Both the position numbers and the translations under genes were made by a program. From the human T2T-CHM13v2.0 reference genome, Homo sapiens, in NCBI RefSeq assembly GCF_009914755.1, contig NC_060935.1: a stretch of DNA of 64,000 bases. One strand, written 5' to 3'. Under the pieces are notes generated by a model. That model was not told where the DNA came from and did no database searches. It was given only the letters and a program-made list of their open reading frames with translations. Below, one piece after another: positions 42,202 to 58,519 of this stretch. Position 1 is the first letter of the stretch. Every line of letters starts with the position of its first letter.

Positions 42202-44363
42202 TTAAGTGGAAACAAGAAAAGCTTTGACAACCAATCAGAAAACCCAATCCATAGGAAGAATCTCCTTCTGAAAGATACATCATCTACACATTTATTGGAA
42301 TGGGATCTGCCCCAAGTTTCAAATAAGAGAATCCAAAGAAGATATCAATATCGCATCATTATCAAGCAAAGTAAAGGACTTTGCTAAGATGTCTACAAGG
42401 CCTAGTCTAGAGGCGGAAAAACTGCCTTGTCAAAGAGTACAAAACAGATACATTTTACATTTCATGGATTGAGCAACTATTAATAATTTCCCAAAAGGCA
42501 AAGACCCTCCCCACAAACTGTTTTCCATTCAGGCGAACAGCCCCATTTAATACTGATGTTAAAAATGGCAGATTCGAGCAAGTTCTGCCTAGGTTAGTCT
42601 GTTTAGAGCAAACTGGCTTTGCAAAGGACAGACATTCCACTGACAACATGTTGAGTCTTCCAAATGTGCTGAGAACTTCAGGGAGTTAGACTGATGGACA
42701 TTCCTCGCCTTCTCTCTTTCGGGTTGAGTTATCTCCCTTAAAAGGTGAACTGCAAAGGTTTTTTCAAAAAAAGAAAAACACACTCACAAACCAAACATGC
42801 TGGTTTAAGAGCCAAAAAAAAGAAAATACGTATATAAACTCTACTCATGGGGTAAATTTGTGATTATTACTACATCCTTAAGATTTACTGGTATTTGAAG
42901 ATAAAGATTATTTTAGATCTTAGAAAGGACAATATCTGTCATAAAGTCACATATAGAAAAATCAGGCCGAAAGGCTATCTCTAGCTCCTCAAATGAATCT
43001 TCTTTATGTTGGATCATCTTGATACAAAATAATACATATTTAGACCACTAAGTAAAAATGTTTTCAGGCCTTTTAAGCTTTAAGATAAAAAACAAGAAAA
43101 CAAAAATATTGAAGTGAAAAGTTCAACAATGGAAAAGAAAACACCAGGTTTATTATCATTCCTTTATCACTATAATATCATTTCTATCTTCTATGGTTGA
43201 CTGTACCTTCTTGGGGTCAAACCTTTTGAAAAGTAAAATGTAAGTTATAAGCTTGTTCACTCCTTTTCCTTAACAGAAAATAATTTAGTATACCTCTTTT
43301 ATTTTTGACAACCTTTCACTTTTCTTGGGTTTTGTTCAACTTTTTATTCCACATATTATAGAAAACCATTGTCAGCAAAGAGCCTAGAACTGAGGAAATA
43401 GCAACAGAAATGTCTATTACTACAACTATCCACAAAGGAATCACAACACTCATTTAAGTACATCATGCAAAAGAAATATCTCAATGCAAACTCTGTAAAG
43501 TGCTACCATAACTTGTGTTAAAATAATCTTTCAAAAATCTCCTTCGGAAGTTAAAAAGAATGCCATCTGGAGTCTGCTTTGTTTTGATTTTAGAAAAGCA
43601 TATGTAAAATGGAAAAATCAGAGATAAGGTGTTTTGGTACTTTCTATATTAAACCCTAATCCTTACCAAGTCAACAGACTATATAGTACAGAAGAAGATG
43701 CTAGGCTATTTTATTCAATTCCTTGAGTCATTCTTTTTCAATTCTTCCTTATTTATAAAACTGGTCAGAAATACTAATATTGGGCTCATCAAGAAAAAAT
43801 AACAAAAAAATAAGAAAAAATGTCAGTGATTGTTGCTCAAGATAGGCCATTTTGGTTAGAAATGCCCAAAAGAACTATAATTCTACAAAGCCTTATGAAG
43901 GGTCATTGTATCCTTGATGAACATACATGATATTTTAAAAAAGGGTACCTTACAACTTAAAGTTATCCTCAAAATCAATGAGTTAAAGCTTCCAAATTTA
44001 CGTAAAAAAACTCATTTTTTAAACAAGCTATTTTCATAAAGGAAGTAGTTCTCCTGAATGCTTTTAAATACAAAGAAAAAAAATCTATCAAGTTCCAGAG
44101 AGTCAACAAATAACTAACCATGTGTATATGGCATGGGCGGGGCATATTCTTCTGTACAGGGACATATAATAAATACTTTGGGCATTGCGAGCCATGCAGT
44201 TTCTGTTACAACTACTCAACTCTGCCACTGTAGCATGAAAGCAGCCATAGGCAATACATAAAACTTAATTTATAAAAATAGGTGATGGGCTGGATTGACC
44301 CCCAGGCTGGTCTATGAGAAGAGCTCTTCTTTACATAAACAAGAAATAATTCGTGATGATTCA

Positions 44364-44615
<252 letters not shown>

Positions 44616-45290
44616 TTACCAAAACTTTTCCTAAAAAGAGTTCTTTTAGAAATATAGACTCTTATAACAAGAAAGGCCAGGCAGCCTACATAGGCCCCCT
44701 CATTTTACACATCATGAAATAACTTGCCTAATATTACAAAACTAATTTGCAAAGTCAGAATTAAAACCCTATCCCTAGCCTAGCGTATTTTTCACTATAC
44801 CATATTATCTTCCATCAGTATACACAATATGTCTTAAGGTATATCTTAAAGATACTTTTCAGGTTATCCACATAAACTGAAATAGTTCTTATATTCCATT
44901 TCCTGCATGCTCTCCTTCTCCAAAAGTTATAAACAGAATTAATATTTCAGTGCAGGTTGAGAGGTGAGCTGAAAAGGGTCAATAGTCTTTAGAATAATGC
45001 AGGCAAAAGATCAAGCAAAATACAACATGATGCAGGAATTCCACAGCAAACTTGATACTAGAAGTGAGAGAGCTGAAAGAGACTTCAACCTCCTTAAGCA
45101 CAGACATAATGAACAACTTCAATTTCCTAAATGCACAGCCACAAACTCACCTGCACTGCTTTTTTCTTTTATTTCTATTTAATGGCAATGTCCTATCTCC
45201 CTACTGAAGATGCCAACATCTCAAGAACTACTGCTACTGCATCAGCCTGGAGAGCGAAGTTAAAGAAGCAACCATGGCAACCATACGCAT

Positions 45291-45293
<3 letters not shown>

Positions 45294-45326
<33 letters not shown>

Positions 45327-45388
45327 GAGAGTGAGCCAGAGAGAGAGACAGTGTGTGTGTGTGTGTGTGTGTGTTTGTGTGTGTGTGT
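45294..45388. repeat. Compound (GA)n-(GT)n microsatellite
   Basis: Seen directly. Confidence 0.95.
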
Positions 45389-46364
45389 TGTAAAAACTGG
45401 AGAACTGGAGAAGGGGTGAAGGAAGACGCTAGAACTCATAACCTACAGTCTCCCAAGGGAGAGCTTTTCCTCCCTACAAGATGTCTCTATAATTATATAT
45501 TATATAATAAACACTATATAATTAACATATTACAATTAATATAATTGATTAGATAATTAAATAATCTACATTAATATTACTTAGCCATGTCTCTCTCCAG
45601 GCTGGCTATTTCCCATTATCATTTTAAAAAGTTATCTTTATAGACAATTACCTATATTTCAACACCTTCTCTCTCCCCAACTTCTGAACCAATTCCAATC
45701 TGGCTTCCATTCTCACTATACTACAAAAATGTCTTGCTATGGTCTCCAAATAGCCTTTATATTGTTAAAGACAATAACCATCTTTTGGTCCTGATCTTAT
45801 TTGACCTCTCAGTTTAATCTCCTACAATGGAACACTCTTTCTTGAAACATACTCACCCCTAAGAATCTCTGATACCATTATCCCTGTTTTTTTCCTCCCA
45901 CTGGCTATTCTTCCTCAGTAACCTTTGCCAACTCTTTCTCCTCCAGCTGTTCATTAAATACTGGTATTTCTCAGGACAATTTTAAGTTCTTTTCTTCTTT
46001 ATCCTATGCTGAGAATTCCCAAATTTATTTCTACTAATTCAGTCTTCTGTATTCGAGATGCATTATATTCAGCTGCTTTCTGGAAATTTCCACTTGGATG
46101 TAACTTCAGAGGTACGTCAAACTCAATACATCCAAAATTTAACTTACCGTCTCTAACTCTCTCCACGGTATTTTTCAAATCAGTAAATGGCATCACTATC
46201 CACTCAAGTTTTCAGAACTATCTCAGCACAGTGCTGGGCATATAATGGGAACTTAAATGTTAGTATACTAAATGAATAAATCCTGGATTTCTCCTTTACC
46301 ACCTAATTCAAATAATTCCCCAAGTCTTCTTAAACACACCTTGAATTGTGTTATTTCCTTCTTT

Positions 46365-46932
46365 TGGCACAAAGATAGCTGCAAAATCTCCTAAGCCACA
46401 TACTTTTCTGCAAGGTGACCTTGACATCTCTTCCCAAAAAGTGGAGTCTAGCTCCCCTCCCCTTTAATTAGACTGGTAATACAAACTTGTTTGTAACCAG
46501 AGGAGCATGGCTGAGGAGACAGCACATGACTTTGGAGGCTAAGTCAAAAGAAGCCTTGCAATTTCTGCCTTGGTTTCTGGAATGCTTTTTCTTCAAATGC
46601 TTCCTTTCTGAATGCAGCCTCCAGGATTTGAGAAGTTCAAGTCATACGGAGAGAGCACACATAGGTATTCTGTTTGACATTCCTAGCTGAGTCCAGCCTT
46701 TCAGTCATCCCAGTCCTGGCACCAGACATGTGAATAAAGCCTCCAGCCTTGTGAGCCACCCCAGCCCATCAATTCTTCACAGATGAGGCCTCAGATATTG
46801 TGATACAGCCATAAGCCACCTCTGCTGTGCCCTGTATAAATTCCTGACCCACAGAATAAATGAGAGTAATAAAATGGTTATAGTTTATGCTAAGCTTGGG
46901 GTGGCTTATTACACAGCAATAGTTAACCCGAC
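46365..46932 (+). mobile_element. MLT1 MaLR LTR
   Basis: Typical 3' end AATTCCTGACCCACAGAA...TTACACAGCAATAGTTAAC. Confidence 0.6.
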
Positions 46933-48686
46933 ATATTCCATCCTCTTGCCTCCATCCTGGTTCTGTTCATCATTAACTCTCACCCAAATTACTACAAAAT
47001 CTTTCTGATTACATTCCCCCAACATCTGCTTTTGCCTCTCTGCAATTCATTTTCCCCACAGCAGCCAAATCTAATTGTCTCTCATGACTTGTACTATCCT
47101 TAAAATAAATCCTCAACTTGGTACATAAAGCCCTGCTATGTGAAAAAGAATGTTATAGATCAGTGTCTAGAATCAATCCTTTAATACACTTTGTTTAAAT
47201 ATTATCCATATACTGATGACTCCCACTTATATCTAACCCACATTTCTCTGCTGAACTTTAGACATGTATACCCAATGCTCCACTTAACATTTCTACTTGG
47301 ATATCTAACAGGTATTTCAAACTTAACGTGTTCAAAATCAAGCTTTTAGATTTTTGCTCCTCATGAAGTCTCCCCCATCTCAATTAATGGCAACCTCACA
47401 CTTCTGGTTAAAGCTCTCCTCTTCTTTCCACTCCACATTCAATTGAAGAGGAAATTCTGGTAATCTGAACATCCCATATACCCAGAATCTGACTACTTCT
47501 TAATGCTTCCACTCTAATCCAAGCCCCTACCATCTCATACCTGGACTTTGACAGTGGCTTCCTAATTGATCTATTTGCTTCTAGCACAATTCCCCTTTTG
47601 GTCCATTTTTAACACAACAGCCAAAAGTGATTCTTTTAAACCTTAAGTCAGGTCAGGATTATAGCACTGAACAACTCTACACTGACTTCTGTGTGAACAG
47701 GGCCCCCATGAAATGGTACAATGTGACAGCCTTACAGATCATATCACTCTTTTGTTCAAACCCGTCCCATATCTTCCAATCTCACTCAGAGTAAAAGCCA
47801 AAACATAAAGGCCTTATTTGACCTAGGTGCCTTGTTACCTCTCCGACCACATTTCCCATTACTGACACTCTCACTCACTCCACTCCAACTATCCTGGCCT
47901 CTCTGCTGCTCTCAAATATACCAGACAAGCTCCTTCATTGTGTGCATTCACTAGCAACCTCTGCTTGGAATTTAACATTTTTATTTCCAATGAAAGTTTC
48001 TCTGGCTCCTCTAAGTAACTTCTTCACTTTTTTCTCCTTGGCACTTATCACTAACATAGCATATATGATTTATTTACTTTGTTTATCACGTTTTTCCCAA
48101 TAGAGTGTACATTCCATTAGAACAGAAAGTTATGCCTGGTTTGTTCATACTGAATCCCCAAAACTTAGAACAGTGCTTAGTACAGAGTAGAGTCATTAAA
48201 TATTTGTTTAATTCATAAATTTTGTTTCCTCTTTACCTCTCAGGCCTTATTCCTCACCACTCATATTCCATCCCTCTGCTCTAGCAACATTTGCCTTTTT
48301 TTGAGTACCCTAAATATGTCACATTCCTTCCCACTTAAACCTCTGCACACATCATTTCTACTGCTTCTATGGTCAGCTTTCCCTCACTCTTTGCCACTCC
48401 TTCAGGTCTCGGCTTTAACGGCACTTAGATAATGATTCTCCACAGACCCTTTGTCATACACTTCTAATAATATCTCATTTCTTCACTGCATTTTTCACAG
48501 CTTTTATTACTTGTTAAATGTCTGTCCTCCCAACCAGACTATAAACTCCATAAAGGCAGGGACAATGTCTGTCTTTATTCATCACTATATGTACTATATG
48601 CATGAAACTCATAAAAAGCTTGATTAAGAAGGAAGAGGGGACGAAAGGACAAGTTAAATGGTAAACTAGAAATGAATAGTTGATCA

Positions 48687-48900
48687 GGACACAGAGGCAC
48701 AAGAATGATACAGTGGACTCTGGGAAGTCGGTGAGGAAGGCTGGGAGGAAGTGAGGGATAAAAGACTACATACTGAGTACAGTGTACGCTGTCCAGGTGA
48801 TAAGTGCACAAAAATCTCAGAAATAACCACTAAAAACTTATCCATATAACCCAAAACCACCTGTATCCCAAAAACAACTGAAATAAAATTTAAAAAAAAT
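48687..48900 (+). mobile_element. L1PB-type 3' end fragment
   Basis: GGGATAAAAGACTACA...AAAATCTCAGAAAT...CCAAAACCACCTGT...AATAAA followed by A tail. Confidence 0.7.
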
Positions 48901-49144
48901 TAAAGTTGACACTTAGAAATTAAAGATAAAAAGGTAGAAATCCCCAGTGTAAAGATAATATTTGAAGCCACAGTGATGAATAGCACCACTTAGAATAAGT
49001 GCAGATTCTGTGAGAGAGAAAGTAGCTAACAGTGGAGAACAACCACATTCCAAGGATCAGGAAAAAGGATGCCAAAAAGCCAAAGGAAGGGAGAGTCAAG
49101 AAAAAATGAGTAACATCGTAATTAAGCCTAAAAGAAATGCCTTT

Positions 49145-49266
49145 ATTTTTCTTAAGACAGGGTCTTGCTATGTTGCCTAGGATGATTTCGAACCCCTGGG
49201 CTCAAGTGCTCCTCCCACCTCAGCCTCTCAAAGTGCTGGGAATATAGACATGAGCCCCACGTCCAG
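49145..49266 (-). mobile_element. Alu monomer (FLAM-like)
   Basis: Single monomer flanked by GAAATGCCTTT repeats. Confidence 0.7.
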
Positions 49267-50567
49267 GGAAATGCCTTTAAAGACAGAGATGCCAGAATTC
49301 CCATTAAACTTAACATTGTTCAAAATCTTCTAGCCAATTTGACAGGACAAAAAAAAGATATAAAAAGTGTTATTTATAACATAGTCAATTAACTGTGAGG
49401 CATATATTAGGATCAACTAAAAAATTATTAGAAACAAACAGGGCTCTATGAGGTGGCTAAATGTACAAAATTCAGTAACTTTATTATAAGTTAGCACTTA
49501 GAAAAGTTAAACATATTCTACACACAGCAATAATAAAAACACAAAATATTAACAAGACCAGAGCAGAAACTATATGAAGAAAATGATAAAACTCTACCTA
49601 AAGACACAAAAGTGTGAATAAATGGGAAGACACAGCATTTGGAGCTATATGTTAATTCTTCTAAAAAGTTAACTTCAAAGGATTCCAATGAAAAGCTCAA
49701 GTTTTTTTTAAAGAGAATGTTTTTGAACGTCTAGAATAGACATAAGTCAGATTTGAGTATGTTTGAGACTGAGGTTTACTACATAGAGAAAGGGAAAGAC
49801 TGATGATACCAGAGAGGACAACCAGTGGAAGAGGGTCCTAAAAACGCACAAGGGAATACAATAATTTATTAGTTCAGCAAACATTTTGTTGAGTCCTTAG
49901 GATGTGCCACACACTATAGACACAAAGTCAAAAAGATACAGTCTCTGTCCTCAAGTCCAAACTAGTTTAATGCCACAAACTGAAAAAGAGTGCCTCAACC
50001 AGAGAGAGAGAACATGCAAGCAAATTGTATAATTTCTTCTTAAATTAAGATATAAGCCCAGATATTTTAGTGCAAAGTGCCATTCCAAATATTCAGCAAA
50101 GGCATATATTTGCAAGAAAAAAAATTTACTTTTGGATTAAAGTCTACCTACATTTTTACAAGACCACTTCCATCTCTTCAAATTCTATATAGTTTTTTTT
50201 TAAAACGTCTTTGAGAATCTCTAAATTTTTAGTAACATATATTACAAGTAATCTAGAAACAACTACAAATATTACTGAAAAGCTAAAAGTCTAGGATAAT
50301 CATGTTACACATATTTTACATAAAACCCTTACTTTTAATCTGTAACAAATAAAAGATACTTAGTAGTAATGACAAGGTAAACTACGCACAACAAAAGATT
50401 GCAGAACTAAGAGATTCACATCATCTGTAAAAAATTCTAGTTTTTTTCTATCTCTGCCAGTCACCAAAATTCAACATTAATTATATAAAGATTAATTTAA
50501 ATGGTCGTATGAATAGACACAAAACTTGAAATCAGGGATCTATAATGCTCATGGTTTCAACTAAAAC

Positions 50568-50864
<297 letters not shown>

Positions 50865-50905
50865 CCTAAAATCATTTTTTTAAGATGTGAAAAAACAGCA
50901 ACTCT

Positions 50906-51266
<361 letters not shown>

Positions 51267-51629
51267 CTATTGGACAATCTATTGGATCTACTGTATTTCC
51301 AAAGTATACCTACTACATCTTTACTCCAGAAACCTCAGCTCTGAGAATTTTTTGTATTACCATGTAGGATGATATCCTGGGCACTATGGAAGATATAAAT
51401 AATTCCCCAAAACAATACTATCTACTCTTTGTAAATCATTTAGTTCATTCTTTACTACGTATTTCCACTGAACTCTTCCACGATCCTTAGCCCACAATGA
51501 CTTCCCCTTCCTCTGAACTTCTCCAACCACTTAAGTGTTGGCTTAAGTACCTAAGTCAACATTTGATACTTCTCATACACTATTTTGACTTTTTTGTGCA
51601 TAATCACATCTTTTCTCAGGGTTGGGAGA

Positions 51630-51687
51630 AACAATGGGAGTAGGGGTGCTGAAGAAGTAACAATGGGAGTAGGGGTGCTGAAGAAGT
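51630..51687. repeat. 29-bp perfect tandem duplication
   Basis: AACAATGGGAGTAGGGGTGCTGAAGAAGT x2. Confidence 0.9.
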
Positions 51688-52231
51688 AGTGAGAGAAGAA
51701 TACCAATCAAAGAGTTGGGATTAAAACCTTCTACACACTGCTTTGAGACAATATTTGAAGTTCTTGGATGAAGTCATTTAATCCTATGTATACATGAGGG
51801 CTAGACATTCAATCTAGGATCTTTAATGATAGGTATTGTTTTTGAGAATTATTTGTGTTTTCCATAGTGCTCATATTATCACACGTGGTAATACAAAAAA
51901 TTATAAATTTTTGGATGATGTAATCAAAGAAATGCAGCCAAATGACCACACTTGACCAAAGCCAAGGATCCAAATCTAGGAGATAAAACTGGTAACAAAT
52001 AAATAATATAGAAAACTGTCTAGGAGGAAATCTGGGTTTGTCAAAAAAGAAAATTATTAAAATTGAAAAAATATTTGGAAAATTGCACAAGGAGATCATC
52101 AAGGTCTTTGCAAGCTTTCATTAATAATCTTTGTGGTACTAGAATGCTTTATAATTGAATTAAATACTTTAAGTCTAACTAGGTAAATAGCACTAATTTC
52201 AGGCTTTTTGTTCCAATATATTCTAATTCTA

Positions 52232-52441
<210 letters not shown>

Positions 52442-53105
52442 TTATTATTAAGGAAGGGCTGGTAACATTTTCAGAAACAGTAGAGAACTCTGACATCTCT
52501 GAAATGTGGAAGTTTAAACTTAGATGAGACCTCCGTTCACCTAACTACTTTTTCATTTTACCTATAAGGAAAATTCAGGTCCAAATGAATTCACCGACTT
52601 AGCCTGTCATAAAATTATTTAAAAGCAAAGGTAAGATTTGAATATAGGGCTCCCTGTTACCTAATTCATGTCTTCTTTATGACATCACACCAATGCATAT
52701 GTATTTTCCTTCTACAAGTTATATTTCTACGAAACCATCATAAAGTTTTAAACATTTTTTTAAAAAGTAAGGAAATTGAATGATATGTTATCTTAAATAC
52801 TACCTAGATAATTTAACAAAATGTGAGGTTTTTAGTACAGAATTATAGTCATATTCAAGTATTAAAATATGTAAAATAAGACATACCATTAGATATTCTT
52901 CTTTTAATACTACCCTTTGGTGATTCCATATTATGACAAGCAATATTAATTATTTCCAAAATCCACTTAGTAAGTTGTTAAAGGACAACCCCAGAATCAC
53001 AGATAAGTTACTTCAGAGATGAGTGATAAAAATTCTTTTCAATTCCACAAGGGGAAATATGGACAGCTAAAAAAACACTTTTTCCCCAAAATTAAGACCT
53101 GGCTC

Positions 53106-53604
<499 letters not shown>

Positions 53605-53841
53605 GACCTGTCTCAAGTTTTCCTGAGGTTCCGAACCAAAGTAACCAGTAACACAATTTCTAAGGTTGCTGCATCAATGGAAGTGAAACATCTTCTGGTA
53701 CTTGTATGAATACTCACCTGATCAAGATCAACTATTTTCCCTATCTGTCTTCCATCACAGCATCCTCCCTTCCCTCAAACTATTTAAGAAAATGGTATTT
53801 TCAGGCTGTGGCACAAACGGTCACAAACTATCAATCAAACC

Positions 53842-54689
53842 TTTTTTTTTTTTTTTTTTTTTTCTGACACAGGGTCTCACTTTGTTACCTAGGCTGGAGT
53901 GCAATGGTGTGATCTCAGCTCACTGCAACCTTCGCCTCCTGGCTCAAAAGATCTTCCCACCTCAGCCTCCCAAGTGTTGGAGGCCAAAAGAATGAGGGTG
54001 GTGACCAACTCAGTATACCACTGGAGGCTATATGAGCAAACAGCAAACTGTTCTCATGAAAGCAGATTGTTGGCAAACTGACAAACTGCATCTGCCGCCT
54101 AAAACGAATGCTGAGGGCAGTCATGCCCCAGGCGCAGTGTTTCTTGTGATTATCTACAGGCACAACTGAAGCCTGTTAGCAATCATGTGAACCTGTGACA
54201 AATCAAGCAGCTGACCAACAGCACCTCCTCCCTGCTCCTTCTCCCCAGTAAATACAAAGGGCTGTGGAAGCTCAAGGCCTTTGCTCACTAGAAGCAAGGA
54301 GCCCCCTGCCCCTTCTTTTTTTTTTTAGACATATATAACAAAGTTTATTTACTCAGTTTCTTTCTTGACCACTATATTTAATCACACTTTGTACTTTTAT
54401 AGAATGTTACGTAGTTTGTAAATTATCTAAATATTTTCTTTTATCTTGTCTTTGTTTTCATTTCTGCATTTGTCCCCCTTCATTCAATCCTGTAGTAACT
54501 GTCACATCCCAAGTACCTGGAACTACAAGTATGCCACTACACCTAGCTAATTTTTGGAAATATTCTTTTGGTAGAGATGGGGTTTTGCCATGTTGCCCAG
54601 GCTGGTCTTGAACTCCTGGACTCAAGCCATCCACCTGCCTTGGTCTCTTAGCGTGCTGGGATTATAGGCATGAACCACCACACCCAGCC
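53842..54689 (-). mobile_element. AluJ-like element interrupted by the LTR3
   Basis: Alu sequence resumes after the TSD at 54514. Confidence 0.85.
53975..54506 (+). mobile_element. LTR3-type (HERV-K HML-6) solo LTR inserted in an Alu
   Basis: TG...CA ends, start TGTTGGAGGCCAAAAGAATGAGGGT...CTCAGTATACCACTGGAGGC; flanking direct repeat TCCCAAG at 53968-53974 and 54507-54513. Confidence 0.75.
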
Positions 54690-54803
54690 TTATGAACCAA
54701 AATCGCTGAATTTAAATTACAAGTAGGGACTCTGTGTGATAAAATATTTTTCAAAAAAAAAAACAGTTAAAACCTCAAAAAAAAGTTTTAAAACAAAGAC
54801 GTC

Positions 54804-55130
54804 AGCTGGGCACAGTGGCTCACACCTGTAATTCTAGCACTTTGGGAGGCCAAGGCAGGAGGACTGCTTGAGCTCAGGAGTTCAAGATCAGCCTGGGCAA
54901 CATGGCGAAACCTCATCTCTACTAAAAATACAAAAAAATTAGCTGGGCGTGGTGGCACACACCTATGGTCCCAGCTACTAGGGAGGCTGAGGTGGGATGA
55001 TCACTTAAACCCAGAAGGTCAAGGCTGCAGTTAGCCGTGATCACACTACTGCACTGCAGCCTTGGCAACACAGTGAGACCCTGTCTGGGGCAAAAAACAA
55101 CAACAACAACAAAAAAAACCCAATAAAAAA
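54804..55130 (+). mobile_element. AluJ
   Basis: Dimeric Alu with A/CAA tail. Confidence 0.88.
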
Positions 55131-55426
55131 CTAAAGATGTTAACAAATACATTTTGGAGATGACTTTTAGATGTTTCTAAGTTTCCACACTGCTAGTTAT
55201 GTGCAATAAAATAATAGAATCAAGTAGTCATATTCATTCTCAGATAGTAAAAATGATCGATTTACTGTATTTAGGAGAAAGAGAAGTAAATATGACTCCA
55301 GAAATGTTACTAAATACCTAATATATGCAAACCTAAGAGATTAATAATCCCCTATCCTATCATCCTGAAGGTCATAAAATTCATTTGCTTATATTGTATT
55401 ATTTGTATGTACTAAAATAAAGATGA

Positions 55427-55752
55427 GAGCATGGCATGGTGGCTCAATGCCTATAATCCCAGCACTTTGGGAGGCCGAGGCAGGAGGATCGCTTGAGCCC
55501 TGGAGTTCGAGAACAGCCTAGGTAACACTGTGAGACCTCGTCTCTATAAAAAATGAAAACAAAAAAAATTAGCCAGGCATAGTGGTGCATGCCTGTAGTC
55601 CCAACTACTCAGGAGGTGTGTGGCAGGAGGATTGCTTGAGCCCGGGAGGTTGAGGCTGCAGTGAGCTATGATTGTGCCACTGCACTCCATCCAGCCTGGG
55701 TGAAAGAGCAAGACCCTGTTGCAAAATAAAAATATAAACAAAATAAAATAAA
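55427..55752 (+). mobile_element. AluJ
   Basis: Dimeric Alu with AAAAT tail. Confidence 0.87.
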
Positions 55753-55870
55753 GATGAATTAAATGGTATTTAAGGAAAAACAATACCCTGGAATAACTCC
55801 AGAGAGATATTCAAATAGAATTCTGCGTCTAATCCAAGTACCTCCAAGAAGGCGTCTTATGATTAAGTCA

Positions 55871-56086
<216 letters not shown>

Positions 56087-58126
56087 TCATTAAATTTAGT
56101 TCAAGAATTTTTATCATTAATTTATTCTGGCAAACATCATAAAAGAAAGAATATTAAAAACATTTTCTTTTTGATGGTAGGGAACACTAGTATAGATTTC
56201 CTGTAAGCAACAATAAAATAAACGACAAAATTCAGAAGCTAAAGAGCTTTCCTACCCCTTCTCAGAAAACAACACCAACCAATTAGTCTAGGGAAAAAGA
56301 TGAGTTTTTAATACCAATTTTACCAGGAAGAAAAAAAAAGGGAAACCAGGTTATCTGTGCTTTTTCCTTAAAACTGCTATTTTCATTGTACAGTTAATGC
56401 CATAATGCAGCACATAATAGCAAGCTAAACTGAGACAAAGTGATATGATACAGGACAAGTCAGGTTGTTTTACATTTCACAATCTTAACTATAAATGTAA
56501 CAAATCCTACTCAAAATTATTAGACTTGCATCCTAGAACTGAAAGACAAGCAATCAAATGCTGGGATAGACAGGAATGAAGAAATAAGACAAGGGCAAGT
56601 TTAAGAAAATAAATTTAAAAAGCTCTTATGTAAGAAAATACAAATGACTTTATGATTTTTTCAAGTCATGTTGTTGGCCCTTCAACAGTGGCTGTTTAGA
56701 AAAGACACAATTTCCAAAATATGTCCTAAACAATAAAAAATGTATTCTAGTACTCTCCAGAAAATTTAAAAATCATGATTAAAGAAAGGTGAACCTCTAG
56801 ATCCTATGGTACGGTTGAACTAAGTTTTCTACTCAGTAGTTTCCTAATTCAAATAGTTTTCTCTTTTGTTGTAACACAGAAAACTATGAACAACAAAGCT
56901 TTTTCTTTCAAAGTTTCCAAAAAAAAATGCCAGCTGCTTTTTACAGTTCCCATGAATATTAATTTTCATCCCCAAAGACACACTTTAGTCAATCGGCATA
57001 AAAAGAAGGCTTTGCTAATTGAAAAAGGAGAAAAAGAAGATACTCTTTCAGGAATCAAATGTCATCATTTAAACTTTTTACAAAAGGGGAAAGCTATTCT
57101 TTTCACATCAATATGAACACTTTAAAACGTTTTTTTAAGAAAACATAACAGCCAAAATTTCAAATATCTACTTTTTTATTGTTTCTATATATTATGTAAA
57201 AATATAAAGTATCATTAACACTGTCAAGTCATATTCCTGATTTCTGTCGATAATCCTCCCCTATAATACTAAAAATACAAAAAAGCCTATAGTTCAAAGA
57301 TTTTTTTTCATGATATAAAGCATAGTGTCAATGTTGAAGGAAAATATTTACTCAAAAATGTATGCAATATCACAATGGCAGCATTTATTCTGTATTGAGA
57401 CAATGATAAATCACACATACACACATTACATATGCAATCTAGTAAAGTACAAGTTTTTATCTCATGTAAACTTCTATTTCATGCCCATGCCCTTTCATTT
57501 GATAGTAGTGTGAACAAAGATACTGATTTTGCAATTAAAAGGTACAGTTTGGACATGGTGAAAAATCAAGTCTATATTGTCTATATCCTTCTTAGACTGT
57601 GGTTCCCATAACTGCAAACTTTAAATTGATCTATTACTCTGGACCAGCACAAATCAGAAGATGACAATTATCTCCTTCATTTTGCTAACTACTTGTTGAC
57701 ATTCCTTTTTTTTTTTTTTTTTTTTAAAAGTATCTACATCGAACTGACAATTCATGCTGACTTTACAGCTAAACTACCTATTGGGTTTTTTTTCCGCCTT
57801 TAAACAATGCTGATTGTTTATATTTTGTGATTGAATGGGAACCCAAGTGCAGGAAACATATTATCATTGCTAAATTCACCTGGTTGGATTCAATTTACAG
57901 TCTCAATCTGTAAAGATATTTTAGTATCCTGACTTCAATAACTAATATATTTGCTATTTCTACTGGTACTGCAAAGAACACTAGAAATAAAACCAAGTTC
58001 AAGCTCTTACTCTATCACTTTCTAAGCTGTATTAACTTGGGACAAGTAATTTAGCCTCCAAAGCTCAGTTCTTTCATCTGTAAAACAGAAATGTTACATT
58101 TCAACAGAGAATTACTGTAAAACTTA

Positions 58127-58519
<393 letters not shown>

